This document shows positions 12,480-25,697 of a DNA stretch of 64,000 nt, one piece after another. The DNA comes from Lepidodermella squamata. Its lineage: Eukaryota > Animalia > Gastrotricha. The stretch spans positions 2,666,001 through 2,730,000 of the forward strand of contig JBLDXI010000019.1 of the NCBI GenBank assembly GCA_047495785.1, written 5' to 3'. Every line of letters starts with the position of its first letter. Within the stretch, counting starts at the first letter, position 1. A program made the position numbers and the translations under genes. The notes under the pieces were generated by a model. The model made no database searches, was not told where the DNA came from, and saw only the letters and a program-made list of their open reading frames with translations.

Positions 12480-13958
12480 CAGTGCTCCCTCGCTAAGTGC
12501 ACCCTGGCTATGTGCAATTCCCTCGTTATCTGCCACACTTTTACAGCCCCCTCAAAATTGGTAATTAAATATTTTTTGTTAGTGAAATAAAAAATTATTC
12601 ACAAAATTTAATTTATTAAAGTTCAAGGAAATAGCTTCGTTAGCAACGCTGGCAACGCACAGCTTTTTTAGCAAAGACAAGGCACTGCCGGTTAAGCTTG
12701 GATCGACGCGGGGAATTTCAACAGCTAATTTGTTGCTTTTCGAATAATTTTTGCTCTCTAATAAGGAAGATCATCCCATTGATAAAGGCTGGCCTAATTT
12801 AGTTGGAATTAGCAGAAGGCGATAAACGTTTCACATGCCTAATTATTAACCCGACAATTTTAGGCGACGAGATCTCTCGATCTTTACAGATCACTTTTTT
12901 ATCTCAGATCATTGAGAGTGCGATTGATAATGTGCACGCGTCTGACTTATTCGTGATTTTTTTCATTCACAACTACTATGATCTCATTGATGGAACAATG
13001 GATAGTGGATGATTTAATGACTTGGCAAATTAGAGTGCCTTACACTGCTGTTCAGCATGAAGATAAATTGATTGATTATTAAGCCCGAAATATAATCTTG
13101 AATTCGTTTTAACAAATACTTCAACAGAAAAGCTCATTGATAGAAGGGAAATTTGAACTTAACCTAGCTGGCTCATCCCGGTAAAATGTGGCTAAAATCA
13201 GTTATTATAAGTTTATTGAGAAATAATTCATGATCACTAATTCTTAGATTTTTGCGCCTGTTGGACAATTGACGTCGCACAGAATTTTAATTCCAGATTT
13301 AATTGCGATCATAGCTGGAAAACATGCACAATCTCCTGCGAATCGATTTCAAATTTCCTAACATCTCCTAGCCAAAACTGACTCTTTCCAAGCAAAATTA
13401 TGCAACTTCTGCATTTCCTGAACGAAAATTTCCTAAATTTCCCATATTTCTAAAAAATTTCCTGCGGGCCAGGCACATGATTTTAGCATGCTTTCCAGCT
13501 CTGATTGCGAAAATTCCAGAAATTTCGAATTTATTCGAGAACTCATTCTGCTTTAAATTTTGACATGATAATAACTACCAGCCTATTTTAAAAAATTATT
13601 TCGGTATCGTTAATCATGAGAAAACCCATCACCTAATTATCATAATTGCTCCAAAAGGCCAAACGCCATTGATCCGAAACATTATTCAAATGACCCTAGT
13701 GGATCAACGATCATTTCAATTCATTACTGGCAACAGATGCTTTTAAGAAGAAAAAACGCAGATCCTTAAAAAAAGATCTCGAGCTTGGTTTTAGATATGG
13801 CTAACCACTAAAAACAACGTCTCCTTAGCAACTAAGAAAAAAACGAAGCTACGCACTTATGATTCATCGCTAGCTCTTTAACAGCCCTCGTTAGCTGCAA
13901 CCCTAGATAAGTGCACGACCCACAGCCCCGACCCCGTGCACTAATCGAGGGAGCACTG
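12480..13958. mobile_element. Non-autonomous pogo/Tigger-type (Tc1/mariner superfamily) element, 1479 bp
   Basis: 23-bp TIRs CAGTGCTCCCTCG[CA]T[AT]AGTGCAC (2 mismatches), TA on both sides (12478-79, 13959-60), no long ORF. Confidence 0.85.
13310..13503. mobile_element. hAT-like MITE nested in the pogo-type element
   Basis: TIRs CATAGCTGGAAAACATGC / GCATGCTTTCCAGCTCTG; 8-bp flanks ATTGCGAT / ATTGCGAA (7/8). Confidence 0.7.
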
Positions 13959-14068
13959 TAATTATAATTATAATTAGCCACTCCCTTTCACTTGATGTTG
14001 ATGGTAACACGGTCCTCTCGGTCTTCACCCTTTTCACGGCACGCGCATCTCAAAATTCGCCAGGGATA

Positions 14069-14598
14069 AAAGTAATATGTCCACTTTCGTGACTTTTTTA
14101 CCAGGTCAATTTGTCGGCAGAATCAACAGTAATATGTCCATGGCACGAGTTCGAAAATGGCACCAAAAGTAATATGTCCAGCAAAAAATAACTCAATTGC
14201 GAGCAAAATGGTAGTGTAAAAATCGCCGAAAAAATAGATGCACGCATGAGGGATCGAACCACAGCAGCGCGATGTTGATGCCAAGTGAAAAATAATCTCC
14301 TTTCTTCACGCTTAAAAATAAAATAGCTTAAAAAATGGATGTGTGCACGAGGAATCGAACAACCCTATGTTAAAACCCCATAACAAAATAACAAAAAAGT
14401 ACAAAACAGTAATATGTCCAACGAATGTCTCAATGGCGCAAAAACGGTGCATCACCGGTAGAAATGACCGGCGCCATTCGATCCGCCGTGATCAACTACC
14501 CCCTTTGTCATCTCGGTGACATTTTACTGAAAATTTCGAAAATAAAGTTTTTTTTACGATTTATCTCAAAATTATCACTCTTGGACATATTAATTTTG
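14069..14598. repeat. Cluster of AGTAATATGTCCA motifs (4 direct, 1 inverted); probable transposon relic
   Basis: Copies near 14071, 14128, 14168, 14408 and an inverted TTGGACATATTAAT at 14581. Confidence 0.6.
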
Positions 14599-15079
14599 GC
14601 CGCACCGACGACGATATAATATAGCCCCTATCATCATTCTACGCGCGGAGAAAAGATGACTAGGTCGGCAAATTTGCTCATTTTTAACTTTTAACAGTTT
14701 TTCGGATTTTAGGGTCCTAACATCTACGCAAAAGCGCCTTGCCTATAATTTTCGGCAACACTAAGGTCTTGCATTACGGCTGATTTTACGATGAAGAGAA
14801 ATTGAAAACTTAATGCATTTATGCAAATGGATTATCCCAATAGTACATGCTGTAATACCAAAATGTTACATCCCCGATCCCCAAGAAGCATATTTTATTA
14901 TAAAATTACTAAAATGCGCTCGAGGTTCCCCCAGTTTTTTTTCACGATTAATGGTAAGAGATAACATACATTGGGTGATGATGACGTGATACCCTGGTAA
15001 GGTGTTTAAAGCGCAAACCACAGAGACGGACAATCGCATCCCACTCAAACACGACCACGGGAGAATAACTGGGCTACTA

Positions 15080-15100
15080 CACGACTCGGAGGCTATAAAA
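15080..15100 (+). promoter_or_regulatory. CACGAC-N8-TATAAAA core promoter of paralog C
   Basis: Same motif and spacing as 10927-10947. Confidence 0.6.
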
Positions 15101-15175
15101 ACGCGGAAAAATGATGAGCGTGGACAATATAAAATTTTAATTTTGATTTATTCTGAATCCATCTTTCGGTATAAA

Positions 15176-15607
15176 ATGCGCTTCATCACCGTTATTTCGC
15201 TGGCTTTCGTCGTCCTCAGCGTCTACGTCATCCTGACAGAGGCTGGCAGTGGCAAACACGGCGACCAAGCTGGCAGCCATGAGACGGCGTAAGTACATAG
15301 CGTAAGTACATACAAAAATCAACTCATATATTCGACAAAATCTGATTTTTTTCAAATTATACAGCGACAACGGTCAAGGCAGCGGCTCAGGAAAGCATTG
15401 GAATGAAACTCGGTATGACAATTTTTTTAAATTCCGCTGATTAAAAATATCAATTTTATTCAAAACCATTTAGCGATGGAAATTTCAACAAAACTGGCCA
15501 CAGAAATCACACTGGGTAAGATTTTTCCCACTCAAATTGCCTTCGGTTTTCTTATAAAATTGACTTTCAGTTGGAGACATCACTCAACAACGGTCGCTAG
15601 CAACTAA
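15176..15607 (+). CDS. Small secreted peptide precursor, paralog C (79 aa); exons 15176-15288, 15365-15412, 15474-15515, 15571-15607
   Basis: MRFITVISLAFVVLSVYVILTEA-GSGKHGDQAGSHETADNGQGSGSGKHWNETRDGNFNKTGHRNHTGWRHHSTTVASN*; signal peptide nearly identical to B; three phase-2 introns. Confidence 0.88.
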
Positions 15608-15840
15608 CCGTCGAATGAAATTTGATCGCGATCAATGTTTAATACCGAGGAACTTTATTAAGAGCTTTTATGCGAAGGGCTTGATGCCTTGTAGAGTGAT
15701 ATTATATAATAATACCATCAGAAATACTTAGTCTTTTGCTTTAAGAATCTGTTTTTACCGATCGGAATAAACGCATATTTGTACTAGTTGGCAACATTTC
15801 CAAGTTTTCGTGAAAATATATAAAGCGGTTCCAGGTCAAA

Positions 15841-16130
15841 TAGAGCATCCTGCCCTAAATTCGGCAACTTATTTGGGTTCTTCCCACTTTACCAGACAGT
15901 TGATTTTTTCGAAATATTCGGCAAATACGGATTTATAGAAGAGTTCTTGGGCTATCGAATGCCGGCTTCCGCAAGTCCGGACGATTTTACCTTGATTTAT
16001 GGCTACCTTGTAGTCACCTTGACTCCTGGCCGGAACTATGAAACCACTATGCTATACAAAGTCCTTTTTATCCGAATTTCGGCCGGTGGTCTAAGTTAGG
16101 TCACAGCGGTCGAATTCAGGGAGTGGCCGA
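15841..16130. mobile_element. MITE-like dispersed repeat, copy 2 (family of 5389-5661)
   Basis: Shared left end and internal blocks; right end GTCGAATTCAGGGAGTGG is inverted relative to copy 1's left end. Confidence 0.6.
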
Positions 16131-16367
16131 AATTTCTACTCTAATTTTTTCACGGATATTAGACTAGTTTTTTTGTGAATGTTGGAAACAATTAAGGCCC
16201 ATGTTAATTCCGCTTTTCAACTGAATCGATTAGCTTTTCGATTCAATTGAAGCCCTGTATTTAAAGAGTAATTGCATGTGTATCGACTAATCACGAGCTT
16301 TATTGCTTCCAGAATTTGCAGAGCTTTAGCAGTCATAAAAATAGCTATCTGACTGGCGAAAATGTTC

Positions 16368-17785
16368 TCAGGTGCTACGACGCATCGAACTAATAAAAAT
16401 CGGCTGAGAGAGTCGACCTGAAATAAAATTAATTGTCACACTTATTCAGTTCAAGGCTATATCTCTAAATATCTCAAAAAAGGGAGCAATTTTGATTTTT
16501 CGGCAACAAATCTTTATAATTATGTAAGTATTTCCATAAAAACTAAGAATGTTTTGTTCATGCGAGTACTTTCAAAGAAAAAATGCCAAAAGTGTGGGCG
16601 TTTCAAATACGAAAAGAAGTATGAAAAACATCGTCCAACTCACCTAATGGGCACATGGCTTGGGACATTTCTATCAATTGATCTCCGCAGCAGATCAGCG
16701 AATTGCGAGGAAGAACCGTTGTCCATCGCCGCTGGCCACAACTCACTCTATGTTCATCACGACCTGAGTTCTTTCTCCTCACTTCTAACCCGTAATTTAT
16801 AGGCCGATTGGGGTTGTAATTTCGGTTCCGAACTGGCGCATCGAACCGGCGCTGATAGTCGGCGAGATGATTATTTGAGGCAAAATGAGGGTTGTTGTAG
16901 CGCCGCCCAAAATTGTGTTGAACACTCTCTAGTGTCGGTAAAAGTCCATTCGGCTGAACAACAGAGTTGAAGGCACATTGATGAGTACGGAAATTGTAGG
17001 CCTGAAATTGAATTAAATCGCATAGAGTTAAAATAGTAAAAAAAATTAGCACAAATTAATTCACAAATTCATAAAATGAGTGAAATTTGGAATATTTTCG
17101 AAATTAAAAAAAAACACTAAAAATTGTTATTTTCTCTTTATACCTGCGATCCACAGCAAGCGATTGTAGATCTATTAGAATCCGATACAGCGAATTCTCG
17201 GCCTAAACACCGAATTGAACCATTCGAGGATGACACATCAAGGTACGGCAAAATAGCACTTTCACTCCGAATCGGCTGTTGAACAGCTGTTAAAACGCTG
17301 TCGCTACTGCCCTCATTTAGCCGTTTTGAGTGGCCTTGAAATCGATCCATGTTATTCCTGCGATAATTCATCGGATGCAGATAATCGTTTTGGGCCACTG
17401 ATGGCCTTCTATTTCGATATCGGAAGTTTTCCATTGGAATAGGATCAAATGAGGCTGGGTTAACATTAGGATTGTAGGGTGACGAAAGTGACGGGAAAAG
17501 CGAGCTAATCGGCATGTTGAGCAGGTCAAAAAATCCGAACTTTTCCGGCTGTTTCCATTTGAATTTCTCGCCATTTTCAGGCCTTGTAATTGGCACCCAT
17601 TTTCCGCCTAGATTTTTCGGCGTAGTCGTGGTTTTCGGAGAAGGAGTTGTTAAATTTTGACCTTTTTTAAGGTCATCGATTGTTTCAATTATTGATTCGA
17701 AGCTTCCGATTTCCGATAGCAGCTTCGATTTGTTGATCTGAACGGCGGCACACGATGACAGGAAAATCAAAATCAGTTTTAACAT
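16368..17785 (-). CDS. Secreted protein (349 aa) with two galaxin-like C...CC...C modules; exons 17785-17144, 17001-16644, 16417-16368
   Basis: Signal peptide MLKLILIFLSSCAA; CLGREF...IACCGSQ|AYNFRTHQC and CGQRRW...LICCGDQLIEMSQAMC; canonical splice sites keep the frame; AATAAA downstream. Confidence 0.75.
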
Positions 17786-20700
17786 GGCTGAAAGATGAAA
17801 ACATAACTGGGCTCAAATATTTAGGGAATAGGAGGGAAATAGGTTTACAGAGTTTCGAACACAAAATGTGTCGCGTGGCTTCAAATTTGAAAATTTTTGA
17901 TATTTTGATAATAAAAGCAAACTATTCATCATTGAATATTTTTAAATCCATAATTGGGAAATTTCATTCAAGTTTTTCCACAGTTTTGGAAAATTATAAT
18001 CTAAAATAATTACTTTTTTTTTTATTTTCTGCCGCTAAAATTTAAAGAGCTGTATAAATTTATTTAAAGAGGCGGCGAATGGGTTCCAAAATTTTCGGAT
18101 ACAAGGTTTTTCATTAGGTATCACATGAATGAGCTGTTATAGTATAACAAGCCCAAACGCGCATATTTAACAAGCGTAGGTCAACTCACATTTTGCGACA
18201 ACACGACACTTGTTTGAAAAATTTTCGCAATTTTATAAACGTTAATTTTACAAAGGCATTGTATTTTTGCGAGTGCCGCCGAGCCTCATTAGCAAATCAT
18301 CACTCTCATCAACCTGCTATAAGGAAAGCTCATTTTATTGAGATAGCTATCCATATTACTGCAATTTTAATTTATACGCTTTCAATCGCAAAGTTCGACA
18401 TTTATTGCGCAAAGTGACCTGATTAATTGAGGATAAAAGGTTATTAAAGGCCCCATTGCGGTATTTATCAATTATTAAATAATTATGTTTTGAAAAAGTG
18501 CGTGACACGGACGAAAAAGCGTGGGGAAAAAACGTAAGAAATTTCGTTGTCAATCCAACATATTGCCACAATCAGAATTACTGATGATGAATGGGAAATC
18601 GCTTCCCAATCGGATTTCAGACAATTAATTCTAGACCTATACCTTCATTTTGCACAGGCTCGACAATATTGCCGATGATCTTAAAATTCCTTATTTTATT
18701 TTATAATTTCCACGTTCCTGTTTCGAAAGACGTCGATTGTCCTGAAAATTGAGATCCAAGTGGAAATTCGAAATTCCTTTCTAAATTACGTCTGTTCTCC
18801 TGTGGACATGTGCCCGGATGTGCCTGTTAGGCGCCATAAATCAAGGCGCTCAGCATTAATTTAAAGGTCTATCAGTAGATTTCCTGAACATATTGTTTTT
18901 CGAATAGCTCTATCTCAGTTTTTCATTAAATGCCAAAAACGGATAGATCTCACTATGTAAGTATGACGAGACTATTGCCAATATTCCAGATCAGTTTAAG
19001 AGCTTTTTACTTCAATTGATACTGATTTTCAATATCGATTTTACAAATCAGTTTTCAGCACCCTTGGCGGCTAGCATTAAGAATTATTCTACATTACCTC
19101 GCAAAATTCACTTGACCTGAATTGTGGCCCTGAAAACACGCACATCATCAATAACTTTTTTTTATTACAGCCATATTCAATTTCATTTATTATGTCAAAT
19201 AATATAGGGTCCAATTTATCCGTACCATTTATCGTCTCATTGAGAAACGCGGGGGCAAGCGGATTGTGGAGGCTTTCCCAGGGATTTTCTGGTGAAAAAT
19301 GCAATCTAAACAAGGCAATATATTAATTATGACCGTAATGTCCCTAACTAAAATCTGGACTGTGGGAAATTTGGCAGAAAATGCGCGGGTATTGTTTTCC
19401 GCATCATCTGTAAAATTCATTCATGTATTTTTTTATTTTTTTTTCATCCCAAAAAAAACTGTCCACTTTTAGAATTTTGTTAACAAAAACGTTCCGTCTA
19501 TTCCGATTTCATATTTAATCGGCCTAAAAGGCTCAGCCGTGACTTTGGTTTAATGAATGTTATAGCTAATCGCGGGTGGTGTTGGCGACGATGATTTATC
19601 TGCGCGCGTGACGATTATTATTATTCATAGGTCAAGTATAAAAAGAGCGAAAAATCATGGTTAGAAATAAAAAAAAACATTGCGCGAAGATTTGACGGCC
19701 AGCGCCCAGGCCACGCACTCCGCCGCGTCTCATGCGGCTTGCGCGAATCAGCATGACGCCATTGATTGATAAAAATGCTGCTTAGATGAGGCGCAGATAT
19801 TCACCACAATATAAGTATGCACCGCGCTTAATGTTCATGCGCTCTCTTGTTCGAAAATTCTCGAGTAAACTTGACCTAAGCGACCCCCCGCCTGCTTTTT
19901 CGAAATGCGGCCACACCTGGTGACATTATTGTTATAGCAACTATTTGGCAACTCGAACGTATACATGCAATTTGCATGATTAATTATTGTCCTTCTGGCT
20001 AGGAATTTCTGAGTAGTAATTTAGAAATGCCTTTTTAACCAACTATTGGCAGCTAAATTTATGTCCCGAGCTATAATATTAAATTTCAATCTATTTAACA
20101 GTTACAATTCCAACCTACGCTTTTGTCACCGTGTGTAGGCACCTTTCAGCGGGTTCAACCGATTAGGTTTCAGTTTCAGACTATATTAGCCTCATCTTAG
20201 GCATCGTTAATACCGGACTTGCGTGAAAATATATATCGCAAAATTAAAAATGTGATGCAATTATTAATCAAGTTAGAAGCAATTTGGCTACTTAACAACA
20301 TTTTTCCGAAATTTGCGCGATGACGATGAATTTTTATTTAATTTTTCTGGTCAAAAAATTCAAAAATTGCTGGAAAAAATTGAACTCACAAGCGACGGTT
20401 GTGCCTAGTGCGCGCTCTGAAACTACGGTTCCAGCACTAAATTGCCCTAATTATAGGTTTTCGGGTTAGACTAGAATCTCATTTTTTTATCATATGCCTA
20501 ACCTGTTGCACGTATTTTGACGTATGACCGGTTAGTTTGCGAGTATCGCTTTTACAAATCAGTGATTTTACCGATATCAAGCGCTTTGAAACTCAATATT
20601 GATAATTTTTCCGCACTGCCTAGGGCACCAAATGGCAAAAAATCCCAGGTCCAAAGCCAAAATCGCAAAGAATTATTGGAAAATTGTTGCGTTCGTATGC

Positions 20701-22212
20701 AAAATTTTAGTGCTTAAAGCTCATGCTTAGTGGCGCAAATATCTAGACTCAAAAGCGGGAAATCGGGGTAATGCGAGGCTAACCAACAATTTTTCGATCC
20801 TATTTGGGGTCAAACAGGGTTAAAGCAGGGCTGTGCGTTATGCGCATATAAAATTTTGCGCGCGTTCAAATTTCTCGCGCACTGCCGTTTCGATATTGTT
20901 GCGCGATATTTATTCAATCGATAGATAATTTTCCTAATTTTATTTTATTTCATAAAACTCGCCAGATTATTCGCAAAATTTAGCCTTTATATGAAAATGC
21001 CGGTGTGAAAGAGTCGTCAATATACTGTAGTATTATATTTGCGAAAATTTGTTAATTAAAATTTGTTGAGCGGAACCGTCGAATATGCGCGAAACTAGCC
21101 GGCCTGATCGAACGAATGTTTTTAATAAAATTAAAATATATCTGTTTTTACACTGTATATGACTTCGTTATTTCGAAGTTAATCAACATTTGAATCAGCA
21201 TTACAAGTCAAGTTTCTATACTAATAGGCCGAATTTCGAGCCGAAGGGAGTGTTGGACCGAGACGAGATGCCCTTCACTTATGGAAAAGTAATCCATTAT
21301 GAAAATTTCTTCGTAATAATTAACATGATTTCTTATTATTGCACCGCGTAAATATTTTTGTCCACCTAGCGTATTTATTTGAAAATCCGCCAGGGTGCAC
21401 AAAAGTTTTTTTTTACACACGTCAATTTCTGACACAAAATTATTAGAAAAAATGAAAGTCGTAGAAAAATTGGGTTATTAGGTTTTTTTGACATGGCGCC
21501 GGTTTTTTTTCAATACTTTTTGGCGCTCAGCATAAGCCACGTGATTCCCAGATCAGACGCTTTCAATGTAAAGGAATCGATTGTGCGTAAGATGGGAAAA
21601 TTTCGCGTCCGTTCGAAATATAGCGTCTCGTTTTCCTAATTCGAAATTTGCTTATAATATGCTCCTAATAGTGGAACCAAACTTGACCTGGCCCAACAAG
21701 ATTTTTTAGATTTTTTGTAAATTATCATGGTTTCGAATAATTTACCAAATATTTTCTAATGATTTTCTATAACGAGCCTCGTAATAATAATAATAATTAA
21801 AAAATTGAAATAAGTGAAACAATCAAGTCGCTTAGGTGCCAAGTTTTAGACTGCTCTCTCATAGAAGGCTTAGAAGTCCAGAATCCCATTAATGATGGCT
21901 TTTTCATTAAACAAATTGAGCAGATTTAGAGGTCGTTCGAGTGTGCGAGATATTTCTGCGATGTTAATTCATGTCGCGTGACCTAATAATTTGCCGATTA
22001 ACGCGCCCAGGACTCGATATATTAGTTAGAATAAAAATCGTGAGACTTTCAATTACGAGGCTATTCTTGGATTTTTTTCTAAAAATCCTGGATGAGGCAA
22101 ACGAGGACGATAAAACCATGTTCTTTTTTTACTATTTATTTTAATAATTTTTTGAAATTTATTTTTAATAATTTTTTTTAATAATTTGTAGATATTTGAA
22201 TATTTTTTTATC

Positions 22213-23546
22213 ATGAAACTAAAGCGTGAGTCGCTGCCGATTTTTCTCGCCGTATTTTTTTTCGCCTCGGTGTCACTTGCTCGTGGCCAGGACGCGAAGC
22301 AGGCTAAGCCGAACAGCAGTCTGAGCGCGGCAATCCGCAAGCACATTGTCCAGTATGTCGCTAACCAGGTCAAAGATTCGCAGATGATGAAAAACGGAGT
22401 GCTGTGCCCGGAAGGCTTCACGCAGCAGATGTGCAACCAACCGACAACGGTTTGCCTTTTTTTACTATAGGCTCTGAAAAATAGCTGGTGTAATAATCAA
22501 AAAAATTCAAATAAAATCAAGAAAATAACCGAGAAACAATCACGCTCTAAAAACGCATAAAAATAGAATTTCGGGAAATTGTTTCATCTAGGTAACGAAA
22601 ATGGCTGTTGAAATAGGTGTGAATGTAAGGAAACTGATTTTTATTCGGGCCAAAGACAACATAATTGAATTTTGTTTTTTGACGCCTACATTTTTCAATT
22701 TTTTCCGATTTTCAATTTTTCATCCCTGATTTTTGAGGATACACCCAGGGTTTTACCTGGTACCCCAATGTATAGAGAAAAATTTTCAGCTTCCAGGAAT
22801 GCTGATTTCGATCCCTGATTCGGATAACTTCGATAACGATAGCGCAGAACACGCGTTACCGAAAAATGGAAAAATGAAAAAATCAGGGTGAAATGAAACC
22901 GAAAAAAGCTATATATTGAGGAGCACCTGGGGCTTTGCCTGTTCAACAGCAATGCGGCAACTAAAAAATGAGAGAAACCCAAACCGCCGCGCAAAATATG
23001 TAATTTAAAGTTTCGCGCTTTCTTTAATGTGCGCGCACCTGTTTTGCGCGACGTTTTGATTTTATTTCCGCAACCCTGTCAAAGACCCAAAAAGAATGAA
23101 TGGATCGTTGACAATAAGCTTTGAAGCAGTTGAATAACAACCCGCCTGAATTTTCTGGATATTTTAATTTTCAAAATTTAAATTAAATTAAAATTTGCAC
23201 GTGTTTCTCGGTTTTTATGATTTTCAATTTTGAAATTCATTCATTTTTTCGAAAATTTTATATTTTTTCCAATCATTTTTTTATTATTATTTATTTTTTC
23301 CAGTTTTACCTTTGGCTGCGAGAGCTCCGAGAACAAATGCTTCAGAAAGAGCTCGAGAGAAGTAAGACGGACATATTTTACGAGTAATAATAACGGAATT
23401 TTTTCATTTATGAAACAGACACGAAAATCGCGTTGATGTCCCTAATTCAAAAGCTGGCGGCTACAAACCCGGCAATAATGAAACAAATGAGCAAATTACC
23501 GACCCCGCCCGCCAACGAGTCCCCGGCAGCAGCAATGAAAAAATAG
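22213..23546 (+). CDS. Secreted family-E protein E1 (140 aa); exons 22213-22449, 23304-23361, 23419-23546
   Basis: Signal peptide; CPEGFTQQMCNQPTT|FYLWLRELREQMLQKEL; paralogous to E2-E5. Confidence 0.85.
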
Positions 23547-24380
23547 CCGACATCAGATGCAACATACACATATAAGAAATTGATTTATATATTTTTTTAG
23601 TTCATTCAAAAAAAGGCGCCACACCTTTTGGTTGCCCTATTCAATTTTTCTCGTTACTTTTTGTTATCGTAACAAAAAATTTGATCTCATCTCATGTTAT
23701 TATCGGTCATTCGGGTCGTCGCAGTTGAACTTGTTTTGACGAGTTAAGTTCTCTCATCTTCAGGGAAAATTACAAAAATAAAGGTGTGAAATTACGTGAG
23801 AAAAAAAAAACAAACAGCTTTTTTGTCTAGTCCAAATATTTCAGGCGAGAGGCCAAAATTCGATTTCTGAATCGACGTAAAAAAGATTCCTGACTGGCGA
23901 ATGACGCGTGTGATTATCTTAATTTTGGCATCGATCATATGAATCACTGACGCACGACTGATTTTTCACATCAACTCAATCACACGTCAAGTGGGCTAAA
24001 ATTAGCTGAAAGAAGCAAAAAAAATCGAGTAGGCGCTCGCTGTAAGCCTCCGACTGCGGTTTACGCCCTTATTCTGAGGCGACGCCAATGAGTATTATTG
24101 GTCTCGTATTACATTCATTAATCATCTTTCAGCCCACGAAAGGAAAGCCACATTACTGCGAAAACTTCCGGCGTATTTCGACAGGCGCTTTATTCGAGAG
24201 GGCGGATAAATAAAGCACACAATCGCGATTTCTAAAATATATAAAACAGGTCTTGACTTTTTATTATGTGATTTGTGGACAATTACCGTTAATTGCATTG
24301 ACATGCTATTTTTGATCGACTAATTAAATATTGCGTCTATCAATCGTGTTTTCACTTGAAGTTTGATCATTTTAGGTAAA

Positions 24381-25697
24381 ATGTATTTGATTAAAATCTT
24401 ACTTTTGGCATCAGCTTCGTTGAGTGTCACGTCAGCTGCCGATCAGCGGCCTGTAGCAGCAGCTCCGGATACGATCAGCCAAAATTTACTCGGCGCCATC
24501 GGCCAGCACCTGCAAATGGGATCTGGCGGCATGCAGTTGGCACTAAGCAACCCGGCTATGATGCGGCGGGTTGTCGAGAATGTCGTTAAGAAAGTTCTGG
24601 CCAAGGGCGGTTGTCCGAAGGGCTTCACCAAGGAAATGTGCAACCAACCATCGTCGTTTTACATGTGGCTTCGAGAACTCCGCGACCAGGCTCTGCTTAA
24701 GGAGATACAAGAAAGTGAGTATACGAACTTTTTGGCGCAATGACCCATTTTCATTTGATTGTAGCATTATTATACTGTGTTGTGTCAAGAAAAAATGGGG
24801 TTTTAACATTTCAACAGTTTTCAAGCTCTGCTGTGGGAGTTTTTAGGTTTCCGCACGTTTTTAGGATTCACGTTTACCATCCGCAGCCCCCTTTCCAATT
24901 GTAGGACTCCGTTGTCGAAGGCCGGCCCTTCGGCTATGTCGTCTTTTTCCGCGTCTTATACTGGCACTTTTCCGTCCTATTTTTCCCTTTACTCAAACTT
25001 TTCTTGATAATACCCCAAATTTCTTGACAATGTACTCATTGTAATGGGAAATCAACTAATTTTGGGTGTTCAGCATTATTTCAGTTTTTCGAGCTACGTT
25101 GTGGAAGAGCGGGTATTTTCAACTTTTCTGGGATTCACGTTCACCATCCTTAGCCCCCTTTCCAGTTTTTTGCCAGTCCTACAGCACGGCTTTTTTTCTA
25201 CCGCGTCTCAATCTCTTTTCCGTCCTTTTTTGTTTCGCTCAAAATTTTCAGGAATTTGACTCATAATACCCCTAATTTCTTGACAACTCATTCATTTTAA
25301 TGGGCAATCAACAAAATGTGGGTGTTTAACATTTTCGCTCACATTTTCACCAATTTGTATCTTTTTTGATCTAATAGATACGAGACTGGAACTAGCAAGA
25401 GCTTTGGGCAACATCTATACCTTGCAAAAACTGCAGCAGAACCAGCAACAGGCTCGAGCATTGCGAATGAAGCAGCAGCAGCAATTGAATTCTTCAACGG
25501 TTCCAACGCCCGAACAACCGCAAGAGACTACAACAGCCGTACCATCGGAAAGCGATTCCAAAAACAAAGCTGCCCGTATGAGGAAAGCGGTCACTAGAAA
25601 GTCTCCGATCATCACCTATCCTCACACTGCTGAGCTGAAGCTTGCGAACCAAAAAGCAAGCAAACTGACACCGGCGAAGAAGGTCGAAGGCGCTTGA
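24381..25697 (+). CDS. Secreted family-E protein E2 (217 aa); exons 24381-24714, 25378-25697
   Basis: Signal peptide; GGCPKGFTKEMCNQPSSFYMWLRELRDQ; phase-1 intron; Gln-rich then Thr/Lys-rich tail. Confidence 0.85.
24790..25335 (+). repeat. Diverged tandem duplication (~270-bp unit, about 2 copies) in the E2 intron
   Basis: Repeated GGATTCACGTT.ACCATCC..AGCCCCCTTTCCA and ATAATACCCC.AATTTCTTGACAA blocks. Confidence 0.75.

Larger units (their letters stand above)
12209..14041. mobile_element. Foldback/MITE with ~120-bp inverted arms; right arm split by a nested insertion
   Basis: Left arm 12209-12330 (TGCCGTGAAAAGGGTGAA...GAGTGGCTAATTATAATT...TTGCGACAAATG) is inverted at 12432-12479 plus 13961-14041. 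Confidence 0.85.

Noticed and set aside
14235-14365. tRNA genes
   Set aside because: Only B-box-like fragments; I could not build an A-box or cloverleaf.
14069-14420. CRISPR-like repeat/spacer appearance
   Set aside because: Only 13-bp repeats, irregular spacing, eukaryotic context, no cas genes.
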